In this document: piece by piece, positions 11,340-19,238 of the stretch
Numbering within the stretch: the stretch's first letter is position 1
Layout of the letters: each line of letters starts with the position of its first letter
IMG/VR virus record: IMGVR_UViG_2627853630_000004
Location: 11,340 to 75,339 of that record
Origin: a virus
Lineage: Duplodnaviria > Caudoviricetes
DNA length: 64,000 nucleotides
Reading direction: 5' to 3' (one strand)
Program-made: the position numbers and the translations under genes
The notes under the pieces: generated by a model
What the model was told of the DNA's origin: nothing
Seen by the model: only the letters and a program-made list of their open reading frames with translations
The model's database searches: none

Positions 11340-11369
11340 TGGTCACCTCCATGACAAAGAAAATAAAAG

Positions 11370-12002
11370 TTATGCCAGCCTGAGCATGCACGTTCCACAC
11401 GCTCTCGCTACATCGACGTGAGCAACCTCCGGCTTGTTGTTTGCCGCGTCAACCATCTCCTGCACATCGCGGCTTGCACCATAGCGACGAACGACGCCGA
11501 CAAACTCTTCAACATCGTGTCCGCGCATTTTCAGCACTGGCAATCCCGAATCTCGTTTAAATTTCGGTGCGCCGAATTCATCCGTAGCGTGGCAAATATG
11601 GTAAAGCTCATGTTCGATGAGTGCGCAGAAGTCCAAATCGCTACACTGTGCGCAGTAGTCAGCGGCCAGCGTGATAATGAATGTCGGCACCCGTCCGAAC
11701 CATTCATGCATCTGTTGTTCCATTCGCGCTTTCTGCCAGCCACCGGCACGGAACGCTACCTCTTCGGCCTGACCAAGAACAGCGCGCCCCTTTTTGGCAA
11801 ATGCACTGGATGCCCACATAAACGCGATATCAGCGCCTGTAAGGTGGAAGTGGTCGGGGTTATGAAGATGGCCGGCATCGGAGATTATTTGCTCCTGTAC
11901 CCACTCGTAAACACCTTCAGCGGGTATCAGCCGTATGTACGGTGCGAAATCTTCAACGAATGCAGTTGTTGGTAGTGGTCGGTGCTCGTCTTCATTCACC
12001 AC
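11370..12002 (-). CDS. Putative phage metallopeptidase
   Basis: HELYH (HExxH) and HDVEEF motifs; C-terminal CGTC. Confidence 0.75.
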   Translation of the reverse strand: MVNEDEHRPLPTTAFVEDFAPYIRLIPAEGVYEWVQEQIISDAGHLHNPDHFHLTGADIAFMWASSAFAKKGRAVLGQAEEVAFRAGGWQKARMEQQMHEWFGRVPTFIITLAADYCAQCSDLDFCALIEHELYHICHATDEFGAPKFKRDSGLPVLKMRGHDVEEFVGVVRRYGASRDVQEMVDAANNKPEVAHVDVARACGTCMLRLA

Positions 12003-12142
12003 GGCTGTCTTCCTGTTGTTAAGCCATTAAAAAAGCCACTCTGGTGGAGTGGCCTTTGTGATGGAAATAAAAAAGCCACCAATGAACGTTAGTGGCCTAA
12101 AGAAAAGGATAAGAATAATAATCAATAAAATCAATGCGTTAA

Positions 12143-12550
12143 TCAATCATCAAATTTTAATTTATCATAATCATCATCGGCAGCCTTTCGCTGAGCTGCT
12201 AGATGAACTTCCTGTGCATTTCTTTCAGCCTCTAACTCAGCAGCATAGTTTGCTGCCTCTTTCGAAGCTTGCGCACATTGCACTTTCAAATCGTTTAACT
12301 GTTGTTGTAACTCATCACGCAAGCAACAGACAATGACATTCTTCCCTTCAATCCTTGCGCGCCGCTTTTGCATTGAAAAAAATTCTTTATGAACAATATC
12401 AAAAAATTGAGGCCAATAAAGAGGGGGATCATCTTCTAAGATGAAATAACGATCCCCCATACCTTCGTCTTCGCTACTTAACTCTCTATCTATACCTATG
12501 ATTTTCATACACAACCCTTGTTTATATTCGAAGGTTGTAATAATTATCAC
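12143..12550 (-). CDS. Hypothetical AT-rich moron protein (start may be the MKIIG Met)
   Basis: AT-rich ORF followed by two minus-strand terminator hairpins (about 12029-12100); coiled-coil C-terminus. Confidence 0.6.
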   Translation of the reverse strand: MIIITTFEYKQGLCMKIIGIDRELSSEDEGMGDRYFILEDDPPLYWPQFFDIVHKEFFSMQKRRARIEGKNVIVCCLRDELQQQLNDLKVQCAQASKEAANYAAELEAERNAQEVHLAAQRKAADDDYDKLKFDD

Positions 12551-12651
12551 TCAAACCTTAAATTTTCAATACTTAGTATCACAGGCACTCAGTGAATGCC
12601 TGCTTTAATGCCTTACTTCACAGCCTCGATAGTCGATCCGTGTGAGTTCAT

Positions 12652-13164
12652 CTATTCCAGTCGATGATCAATTAAGCCGGATAGGACTAGCTGTTTGATG
12701 CACGAACAAACTGCGTAATAGCCTCCATCTTTGCCAGGGTCGGCTACAATGATCTCTTCTTTCCCGGCCCCAATATCCACAATAAGAAGCCCGTTCTCAT
12801 AGCGCATTGATATGTCAATGAGGTAATAAGAACCACCCATAATGGAATCATCGATCACCGTGGCGATGACAAACTTCAACGATAGCGATTCGTCAATATC
12901 AAATGAGGATATTGGTTTTCTTTGGTACTCCCCTTTGCTAAGTATTCCTGTCGTAACGTATGGGTTATCATCCGCCTGACTGTTACGCCACGTATCCGAT
13001 TTGAGCGCCAGCGAATCTTTATACTCTGCAACAAGGCTATATGCATCCTGATGCAGCTTAGCTCTTCTCTCTCCGTGCCTCTTTTTCGTGAGCAGGTATT
13101 GCTGTTGAATATCTTGGTAAGTAACGTCCATTCCTTTCTCCAAGTGATTTAACTGAATGAGCAT
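12652..13164 (-). CDS. Hypothetical moron protein
   Basis: 170-aa ORF between the spanins and the metallopeptidase, lower GC than core genes. Confidence 0.6.
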   Translation of the reverse strand: MLIQLNHLEKGMDVTYQDIQQQYLLTKKRHGERRAKLHQDAYSLVAEYKDSLALKSDTWRNSQADDNPYVTTGILSKGEYQRKPISSFDIDESLSLKFVIATVIDDSIMGGSYYLIDISMRYENGLLIVDIGAGKEEIIVADPGKDGGYYAVCSCIKQLVLSGLIDHRLE

Positions 13165-13187
13165 AATAAACCCCTTGGTGTTATTTT

Positions 13188-13721
13188 TCAGCGAGCGCGA
13201 TCTGATTCAGCTTCGCGTATTCCCGCCAGTTGGCTATTAGCCTGGTTAATCACAGTTAGTAACGGATCAATCCAATAAACAGCCTGCGCATACGTTAATC
13301 GGCAGCCGGAGGCAGCGGAACTAGAACCGGCTGTGTCAACTCCGCTGGCAACGGCGTGCATTGCGCTGGCACGTAAACGGTACGTGTAGTCGAGCAGCCG
13401 ATCAGCAACATCATCAGGGACGCACTGGCGACTAACTGGGTCACGTTTAATAATTGTCCTGTAAACAATCTGTTTTTCATCTGACTGCCCTTTGATGTTG
13501 ATAGCGTACTGATTCGCGTTGCGTGCTATCTCGTTGTAGTGCTGAAAATCAAACGACTGACGCGCAATGATGGCCTGCTGGCTGGCGCTGATATCGTCAG
13601 ACTGCTTGCGCCCAATTTCAGCAGCATCAGCATCCCAGCGCAGCCCCTGAACGTACAGACCAGTAACGAATCCAGCCACCAGCGATACCGCAGCAATGAT
13701 TACTGAACGCCGGATAGACAT
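13188..13721 (-). CDS. Rz: Inner-membrane spanin (Rz-like)
   Basis: N-terminal TM segment, helical periplasmic region, follows the endolysin and contains an embedded lipoprotein ORF. Confidence 0.75.
   Translation of the reverse strand: MSIRRSVIIAAVSLVAGFVTGLYVQGLRWDADAAEIGRKQSDDISASQQAIIARQSFDFQHYNEIARNANQYAINIKGQSDEKQIVYRTIIKRDPVSRQCVPDDVADRLLDYTYRLRASAMHAVASGVDTAGSSSAASGCRLTYAQAVYWIDPLLTVINQANSQLAGIREAESDRAR
13295..13480 (-). CDS. Rz1: Outer-membrane spanin lipoprotein (Rz1-like), embedded in Rz
   Basis: Lipobox LLIGC followed by Pro-rich CTPLPAELTQPVLVPLPP; different frame inside Rz. Confidence 0.7.
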   Translation of the reverse strand: MKNRLFTGQLLNVTQLVASASLMMLLIGCSTTRTVYVPAQCTPLPAELTQPVLVPLPPAAD

Positions 13722-14248
13722 AGCGCTTTCTCTTTTTCAGCACGAATGACGAGCCCCAGCAAACGCTGACCGCCGCCGTTAACAAAGTCCGGCAGGCGGT
13801 TACACATGTTCGCCCAACTACCAGCCTGCGCCCATTTGTGAATTGACGTTTGCACGCGCTGGCCGCTTGCTCTGCTGTAATAGGTTTTCAGCCCCGTACA
13901 ACCCAGCCGGAACGCACCAGAAACCATTGCGCTGAACGTGTTATCTGACATATCACGACCACGGAATTCACGATTAATGCAACGCTCAGCGACCAAGATG
14001 TTTTTCTCCCAGTCGGCGGCGATCTGCTCGTCGGTTTTTCGCGTTCCGCTCACAACACCGTGCGTGTTACCGATGCCGTCCGTCAGTACGCCAGCAGGAC
14101 ACACATAAGGGTCACGACGACACGACTCAGCATTGCCGATTAACTCCAGCCCCGCCTTATTCGTTCTTAGTTGTCCGTTATCCAGCACAATCCCGATAAT
14201 GACGCTGACGGAACAAATAACCCCTGCTGCAATTTTACGCTTGCTCAT
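13700..14248 (-). CDS. SAR endolysin (GH24 lysozyme)
   Basis: N-terminal hydrophobic SAR segment; AESCRRDPYVCPAGVLTDGIGNT catalytic region. Confidence 0.9.
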   Translation of the reverse strand: MSKRKIAAGVICSVSVIIGIVLDNGQLRTNKAGLELIGNAESCRRDPYVCPAGVLTDGIGNTHGVVSGTRKTDEQIAADWEKNILVAERCINREFRGRDMSDNTFSAMVSGAFRLGCTGLKTYYSRASGQRVQTSIHKWAQAGSWANMCNRLPDFVNGGGQRLLGLVIRAEKEKALCLSGVQ

Positions 14249-14463
14249 TAGCTCTCCCGCGCCGCTTTACGACGATCCTCTTTGATTTTGAAATGCAGAT
14301 TGACGAGAAACGTCAGCAGACCGAAAACGAGGCTACCGAGAACACCGATTGCCGCCCATTGAGTGGGAGAAACTGTATCGAGTAACTGGAGCATCCAATA
14401 TCCAGAACTGGCACCGGACGCCCCGTATGAAATACCAGTGGTAACTTTGTCCATACGGATCAT
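14248..14463 (-). CDS. Class II (pin)holin, phage 21 S-like, with dual start
   Basis: [14 protein letters not shown], two TM segments, basic C-terminus. Confidence 0.85.
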   Translation of the reverse strand: MIRMDKVTTGISYGASGASSGYWMLQLLDTVSPTQWAAIGVLGSLVFGLLTFLVNLHFKIKEDRRKAARES

Positions 14464-14636
14464 GACTCCACCTCCGCTGTACGGGGCGCTGTGTGTGATT
14501 TACAGGAAATAAAAAAGGCCGCACATGGCGACCTTGAGGTATTTGGGGCGTTTTAACTAAAGTGCTTAATAAAATATGATTGCAATATAAAGATCATCCA
14601 CAGTTGAGCGATAACAACAATACAAGGGAGACTAAA

Positions 14637-14939
14637 ATGAAACTCAAAAGCTTAGGGGTATGTCCATTTTGTAAGAAAAATGTACGTCCAGTGGTGGTTG
14701 AAGCCAACTACGCCCGTAGAGATAAGTGCCAATGTCCAGAATGCAAAGAGTCGGTATATGTTTGTCGTGGGTTTGGATGCGAAGATTACACTAAAGGTGG
14801 TGAACTCTATGATGATGAGTTTTGCCCCAAATGTGCACAATCGATTTCATCTGGCACTAAAAGCTCCGTATACAAAGCATATGGATCGGCACTAACTCTT
14901 GTGGCCGCTATCGCCTTGATTGCATTTAAATCAAAATAA
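14637..14939 (+). CDS. Cys-rich putative Zn-binding protein with C-terminal membrane anchor (moron)
   Basis: CPFC, CPEC, CRGFGC, CPKC; hydrophobic C-terminus; GGAG SD before ATG 14637. Confidence 0.65.
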   Translation: MKLKSLGVCPFCKKNVRPVVVEANYARRDKCQCPECKESVYVCRGFGCEDYTKGGELYDDEFCPKCAQSISSGTKSSVYKAYGSALTLVAAIALIAFKSK

Positions 14940-14985
14940 AAACCCGCTCAATGGCGGGTCTGTGAATTAATTCGCGGTGAATGTA

Positions 14986-15837
14986 TCAGGGGCAACCAAA
15001 TTTATTTTTAGCCAGCGTCCCTTTTTGCGATTTGACGATCGCTGCGATGTTTGCAGGCAGGGCTGACCAAATACTCAGCTTTGGATTTGTTTTCTGTTCA
15101 ATGCTGTCAACCGTGACCTGATAACTACAGAAATCAGAACTTTTCAGTGTGTCCTGATTCATTAGGAACGCAACATACTCCCCTTTATCTGGACTGGAAC
15201 CAATGAATATTACTTTCCAATAGCCACTCGGTATCTGAACTGTTGGCGCGCTTGGTAACGTCGCAATGTTCTTCTCAAATAGTGGGCCAGTAACAGAGTA
15301 GACCGCTGATACACCAGCACTATTTGCCAGCGCACGCTCCTTATCTTCTAAGCGTACCCAAGCCCCTTGGTTTAGGGCGGCTTTTTGAGGGGTGATATTT
15401 GAGAGGTAATTTAATGCCTCCCAATCGGATGTTCCGCCCAGACCAGCAAGCGGAGCCTGATGCCCACGGTCAACAGCTAACGCTGCATTTGCACCATCAT
15501 ATGCACTAGGAGCTAGTGTATCGGTAGGCGGGAAAGCAGGATCTTGCTTCCAATTTCTGGGGCGATTGCTGGCCTGGCTGGTCTTGGTGATTTTATACGC
15601 CACCCAATTCGCAAATTTGGTCGACGCGTTGTTGTTCAAAGTGTACGCCTCACGAATTTCTGTTTGTGAGCTACCACCCGTTGGACAACCCACCAGACAA
15701 TTATCAACTGTTGCTGCCGCAACTGCTGGTGCAGAAGAAGTCAATTCGATTACATCAGACGTTTGGGCTGGTTGATATGTCGCAGTACAACCCGCCAGCA
15801 AAAAAATCGGTAAAAGCTTAATTAAATTAAGTTTCAT
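14986..15837 (-). CDS. DNA/RNA non-specific endonuclease (NucA/Serratia-type) lipoprotein
   Basis: Lipobox LLAGC; DRGHQAP, NITPQ..LNQGAW..LE, TGPL and IPSGYWK motifs of the His-Me NucA family. Confidence 0.9.
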   Translation of the reverse strand: MKLNLIKLLPIFLLAGCTATYQPAQTSDVIELTSSAPAVAAATVDNCLVGCPTGGSSQTEIREAYTLNNNASTKFANWVAYKITKTSQASNRPRNWKQDPAFPPTDTLAPSAYDGANAALAVDRGHQAPLAGLGGTSDWEALNYLSNITPQKAALNQGAWVRLEDKERALANSAGVSAVYSVTGPLFEKNIATLPSAPTVQIPSGYWKVIFIGSSPDKGEYVAFLMNQDTLKSSDFCSYQVTVDSIEQKTNPKLSIWSALPANIAAIVKSQKGTLAKNKFGCP

Positions 15838-16029
15838 GTTCTTTTCCTATAGATACCTTGCCAGAGAAATGAAATAGTAAGCATAAGAATAATTATAATG
15901 ATTACATTTCAATTAGTTAAATCACTTCTCAATATAGATTAGCAACAGGAAAAGAGCATAAAAGAGCCACGCGCTAGTGCAACCCTTGTAGGTTATAGAT
16001 CTATCATCACTGTGGCGTTAAAATAGTCA

Positions 16030-16977
16030 ATGGTCAATCAATGGAAGAAACTTATGATCTTTATTCGCACAGCAGAAGGCAGCAAAAAAATCGACAATTG
16101 GGAAGAGATCACCAGTAGAGCTTGCTTCTCAAAACAAATCATCAAGTCTGAACATAAGCTATCTGAAATAATTGGTTATTATAGATTTAAAGAAAAAATT
16201 CATTGTGGATTGAAAGGCTGTAATCAACCACATCAAATGGGTTACCTAGTTCGAACGGAGATTGGTGTCGAAACAAATATCGGCAACATATGCGGTGGCG
16301 AAGAGTTTGGCGTTAAATTCACGGAGCTTACAGAGCAATTTGACAAATTCATGAGATTAGAAACGAACAAGTCTATTGTTTATGAAGCAAAGGAAAAATG
16401 TAACATTTGGCAAGCATCTATAGATGTGTTGAGGAACACAAAGCCATCTATAGATGCTTGCGCAATTAATATTGAAAAAATCCAGAACGCAAATTTTGCG
16501 GGTCGCTTAGCTGCCACAGAGATAAGACTTCTAGCCAAGAGTCAGGATGGTATCGTAACGCTTAACGAGATTGAAACCGAGAAATGGGCCCGTTCTATCT
16601 TATTTGCAACCAATAGACACATGCGAGAGTCTGGAGAAGCGACCACCGAATACATTATGGGGACGGTATCTTTTACTAATGTCCTTTTACCAGAAAACAA
16701 TTTACGAGAGCGATTTGTTTCCATATCTGAAGACATAAAATCTATACGTCAGCTAGATCTAGATAATGCTTCTAGCCCAGCGATATTGTCGATTGCGCAA
16801 GTTGCCAACACTATAGACGAAAGGATAAGACAATTAAAAAATCTCTTTCACGATGCCAGAAAATTTCTAACAAAGAAAAATCTTTCAGCTATTAGCTCAA
16901 AACTTAAGTATTCATCAACAACGCCGGAAAATGAACTAGCCCATTTCGAATCTTTTTCTCGTTCTTTAGGTAGATAA
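16030..16977 (+). CDS. Hypothetical AT-rich moron protein with putative Zn-binding motif
   Basis: 315-aa ORF antisense to the late operon; CGLKGCNQPH and GNICG. Confidence 0.7.
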   Translation: MVNQWKKLMIFIRTAEGSKKIDNWEEITSRACFSKQIIKSEHKLSEIIGYYRFKEKIHCGLKGCNQPHQMGYLVRTEIGVETNIGNICGGEEFGVKFTELTEQFDKFMRLETNKSIVYEAKEKCNIWQASIDVLRNTKPSIDACAINIEKIQNANFAGRLAATEIRLLAKSQDGIVTLNEIETEKWARSILFATNRHMRESGEATTEYIMGTVSFTNVLLPENNLRERFVSISEDIKSIRQLDLDNASSPAILSIAQVANTIDERIRQLKNLFHDARKFLTKKNLSAISSKLKYSSTTPENELAHFESFSRSLGR

Positions 16978-16980
16978 ATA

Positions 16981-17006
16981 AAAAACCCGCACTGATGGCG
17001 GGTTTC
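16981..17006. terminator. Bidirectional terminator between the moron and the Q-like gene
   Basis: AAAAAACCCGC-ACTGATG-GCGGGTTT. Confidence 0.65.
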
Positions 17007-17053
17007 TGATATTCTGCCGCTTGCGAATACAGCTTCGCGAAGCATAGCTGTAT

Positions 17054-17629
17054 TCAATCAGTGACTGGCTCACTTTGCAAGTAAAATCTTTTGCTATTCG
17101 TCTCAAATGCGTCACACATCGGCTGATATAACATTGATTCAGCCATTCCCAGCCACACATCAATACGGCGCCGGCACGTCATTAGGCTCAATTCTGGATG
17201 TGTTGCGTGAAATTCTTCTGCGATTTCACGCATGCTCATTTTCCCCTGATACCGACGCTCAAGCAGACGCAGTAAGGGGCGATTATCTTTCATTGCTCCA
17301 GCTATAACTTTGTCCATCACCAGTCCCTCATCGTCGGTACAGAATACCAGGCTGCTATGCCTGCTCTGCTGAAGCATGTCGTTTACCCATGATTCGAGCT
17401 CTTTTGATGAGCACCCTTTTTTACGCAAGGCTTTAAGGGCTTTGCTCATATCATCTTGGCTGACAACATATTTACCCAGTAATTTCTTAAACATATCCGT
17501 TGCCGTTGGGTTGGTATTTATCGCTGACCAGCGCCCCCACATTTTTAATTTCCCCTGAATCCAAACACTTTCCAATGTGCGTAAGCGGAGAATCTCTCCA
17601 CCTTTTCCAACCTCAGATGGATAGATCAT
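17054..17629 (-). CDS. Late-gene antiterminator Q-like protein (DUF1133 family)
   Basis: MIYP start overlapping the upstream stop; LESVWIQGKLKMWGRWS, FCTDDEG, TCRRRIDVWL; upstream of lysis genes. Confidence 0.75.
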   Translation of the reverse strand: MIYPSEVGKGGEILRLRTLESVWIQGKLKMWGRWSAINTNPTATDMFKKLLGKYVVSQDDMSKALKALRKKGCSSKELESWVNDMLQQSRHSSLVFCTDDEGLVMDKVIAGAMKDNRPLLRLLERRYQGKMSMREIAEEFHATHPELSLMTCRRRIDVWLGMAESMLYQPMCDAFETNSKRFYLQSEPVTD

Positions 17630-17910
17630 AGCTTCCCCTCCGCTATCAAAATGTTTAGTGTTCTCATAACGCCCTCGGCGTGACAAAGGAGTGCCGTTTC
17701 TGTCTCTGTGTGCCGCGTTCTGCGGTCTATTTCGTCGTGACAGGAGCTACACGCCCACGCGCCCTGGATATCGTCGGGCTTAATTCCAGTGCCGCATGTT
17801 CCAGCCAGTCGATAATGAGCAAGTACGGTTGTTTCAGGATTGAAATTGCATACGCCTGGTATGCGTATCTGACAATCGCGGCCGCGCGCCTCTTTTTTAA
17901 AATTGGTCAT
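17626..17910 (-). CDS. DUF1364/YbcO-like Zn-binding nuclease
   Basis: ARGRDCQIRIPGVCN, ETTVLAH, ACSSCHDEID. Confidence 0.8.
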   Translation of the reverse strand: MTNFKKEARGRDCQIRIPGVCNFNPETTVLAHYRLAGTCGTGIKPDDIQGAWACSSCHDEIDRRTRHTETETALLCHAEGVMRTLNILIAEGKL

Positions 17911-18500
17911 GCGGCGTACTCCAGCAGTTGCGCGGCTGCGTTCTCTGCTGCCTGCTGAGTGGGGAAAGTATGGTAGAGGATGTAATTCCAGAGTACGTTC
18001 AGCACCGCTTTATAGAGTTCGCCGAACTTCAGATCATCCATTTTTGAAAACTTAATTGATTCGGGTTCGTTACGGCGGGTGCCATCGGGCATGTAAAACG
18101 TAACGTAGAATCCCGCTTCAATCGTCACCCATGATCTGAACGACTCGAACGATTTCACCGCCGTGATATTGATTGCTCGTTTCTGTGCAGTATCGCTGAG
18201 ATATTGATCGGCTAGTTCCTGAATTGTCCCTTCGTGGCCTGCATAGTAAGCAATCCATTTTACAAAACCGTTTACAAGGGCTTTATCAGCAGGAGATATG
18301 GCACCGCCGTCCGGTTCAAAGTAGTGAAAGCCGAGATTCAGGAGTGAGAAGAATTTACGATGAAATGCCGCGTTTCGCGCTTGCTTGAAATCGGCATAAA
18401 TAACCGCGCCCGTCTTTAGCTTCTTGACGAACTCGTTAGAATCAGGTGTGGCGGGAATTAATATTCCACCAGCTGACTTTACAAATGAATGCTGTGCCAT
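17907..18500 (-). CDS. DUF1367 family protein
   Basis: RNAAFHRKFFSLL, FRSWVTIEAG, SIKFSKMD, ENAAAQLL. Confidence 0.8.
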   Translation of the reverse strand: MAQHSFVKSAGGILIPATPDSNEFVKKLKTGAVIYADFKQARNAAFHRKFFSLLNLGFHYFEPDGGAISPADKALVNGFVKWIAYYAGHEGTIQELADQYLSDTAQKRAINITAVKSFESFRSWVTIEAGFYVTFYMPDGTRRNEPESIKFSKMDDLKFGELYKAVLNVLWNYILYHTFPTQQAAENAAAQLLEYAA

Positions 18501-18579
18501 TACCTATCCTCAGTAATGGCGCAGTTGCTTTGTTTGGGTTATCGGGTGTTCAGTCCGATGTGTTTATTGTACTGTATGT

Positions 18580-18861
18580 TTAGAAAGGTTTGTTAATAAT
18601 TCTCTGAAATTTATAAAGCTCATTCTCAAAGGTTTCAATCTTACTCTCTTTATCACTTACCTGTCCCGAGGCCTCATCAGCACAAATGAATGCTGCACTT
18701 AATTTATCCTGAGCATACTCACTAAGCGAGCTATTTATCTTATTTTTCAAACCATTAAAATTTGAAATATCATTTTTTGCTGATGATTTCGTATTGGATC
18801 TGGATATATTTCTTAACAATCTAGCTATTTCATTAAAATCACTTTCGTTTAGTTGATTCAT
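18580..18861 (-). CDS. Hypothetical very AT-rich protein
   Basis: 93-aa ORF with AGGAG SD. Confidence 0.6.
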   Translation of the reverse strand: MNQLNESDFNEIARLLRNISRSNTKSSAKNDISNFNGLKNKINSSLSEYAQDKLSAAFICADEASGQVSDKESKIETFENELYKFQRIINKPF

Positions 18862-18890
18862 CTCTGTTCTCCTTGTGACATGTCACAGAA

Positions 18891-19238
18891 CTATATATCT
18901 AATTTTATTTCATGCCACCCGCTTGTATTCCAGCAATCAGAATCACCGCTCATGCAGCATGATGCTACTGGCAACGACTCACCGCATTTCCCGCAGCATT
19001 GGCGGTTGAGCGACTGAATACGCTGGCGCACTCTGGCATCATCTTGCCGTATCAGCAGTTGGATATATTCATCCATGTCATAGGGTTCCTTACCCGGACG
19101 GCGTAGCACACAATTGCGGCGCAACATATCAAGTTCCTGAGCATCAAGATTCAGTTCCAGCTTGGTTACGCCAGCCTCCCGCTGGCGCTCACGTTGTGCT
19201 CTTTTACGTGCGGCGGCACGCTCTTTAGTGTCTGTCAT
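18891..19238 (-). CDS. Hypothetical phage protein with C-terminal Cys cluster
   Basis: Start ATG 19238 overlaps the methylase stop (ATGA); RKRAQRERQR and CGKCGESLPVASCC. Confidence 0.7.
   Translation of the reverse strand: MTDTKERAAARKRAQRERQREAGVTKLELNLDAQELDMLRRNCVLRRPGKEPYDMDEYIQLLIRQDDARVRQRIQSLNRQCCGKCGESLPVASCCMSGDSDCWNTSGWHEIKLDI

Noticed and set aside
18572-18587. Possible LexA box CTGTATGTTTAGAAAG next to a minus-strand TACAAT -10 upstream of DUF1367
   Set aside because: The conserved CAG half-site reads AAG; too degenerate to call
18874-18887. TGTGACATGTCACA as a CRP or matS site
   Set aside because: Half-site spacing fits neither consensus; kept as an unexplained motif
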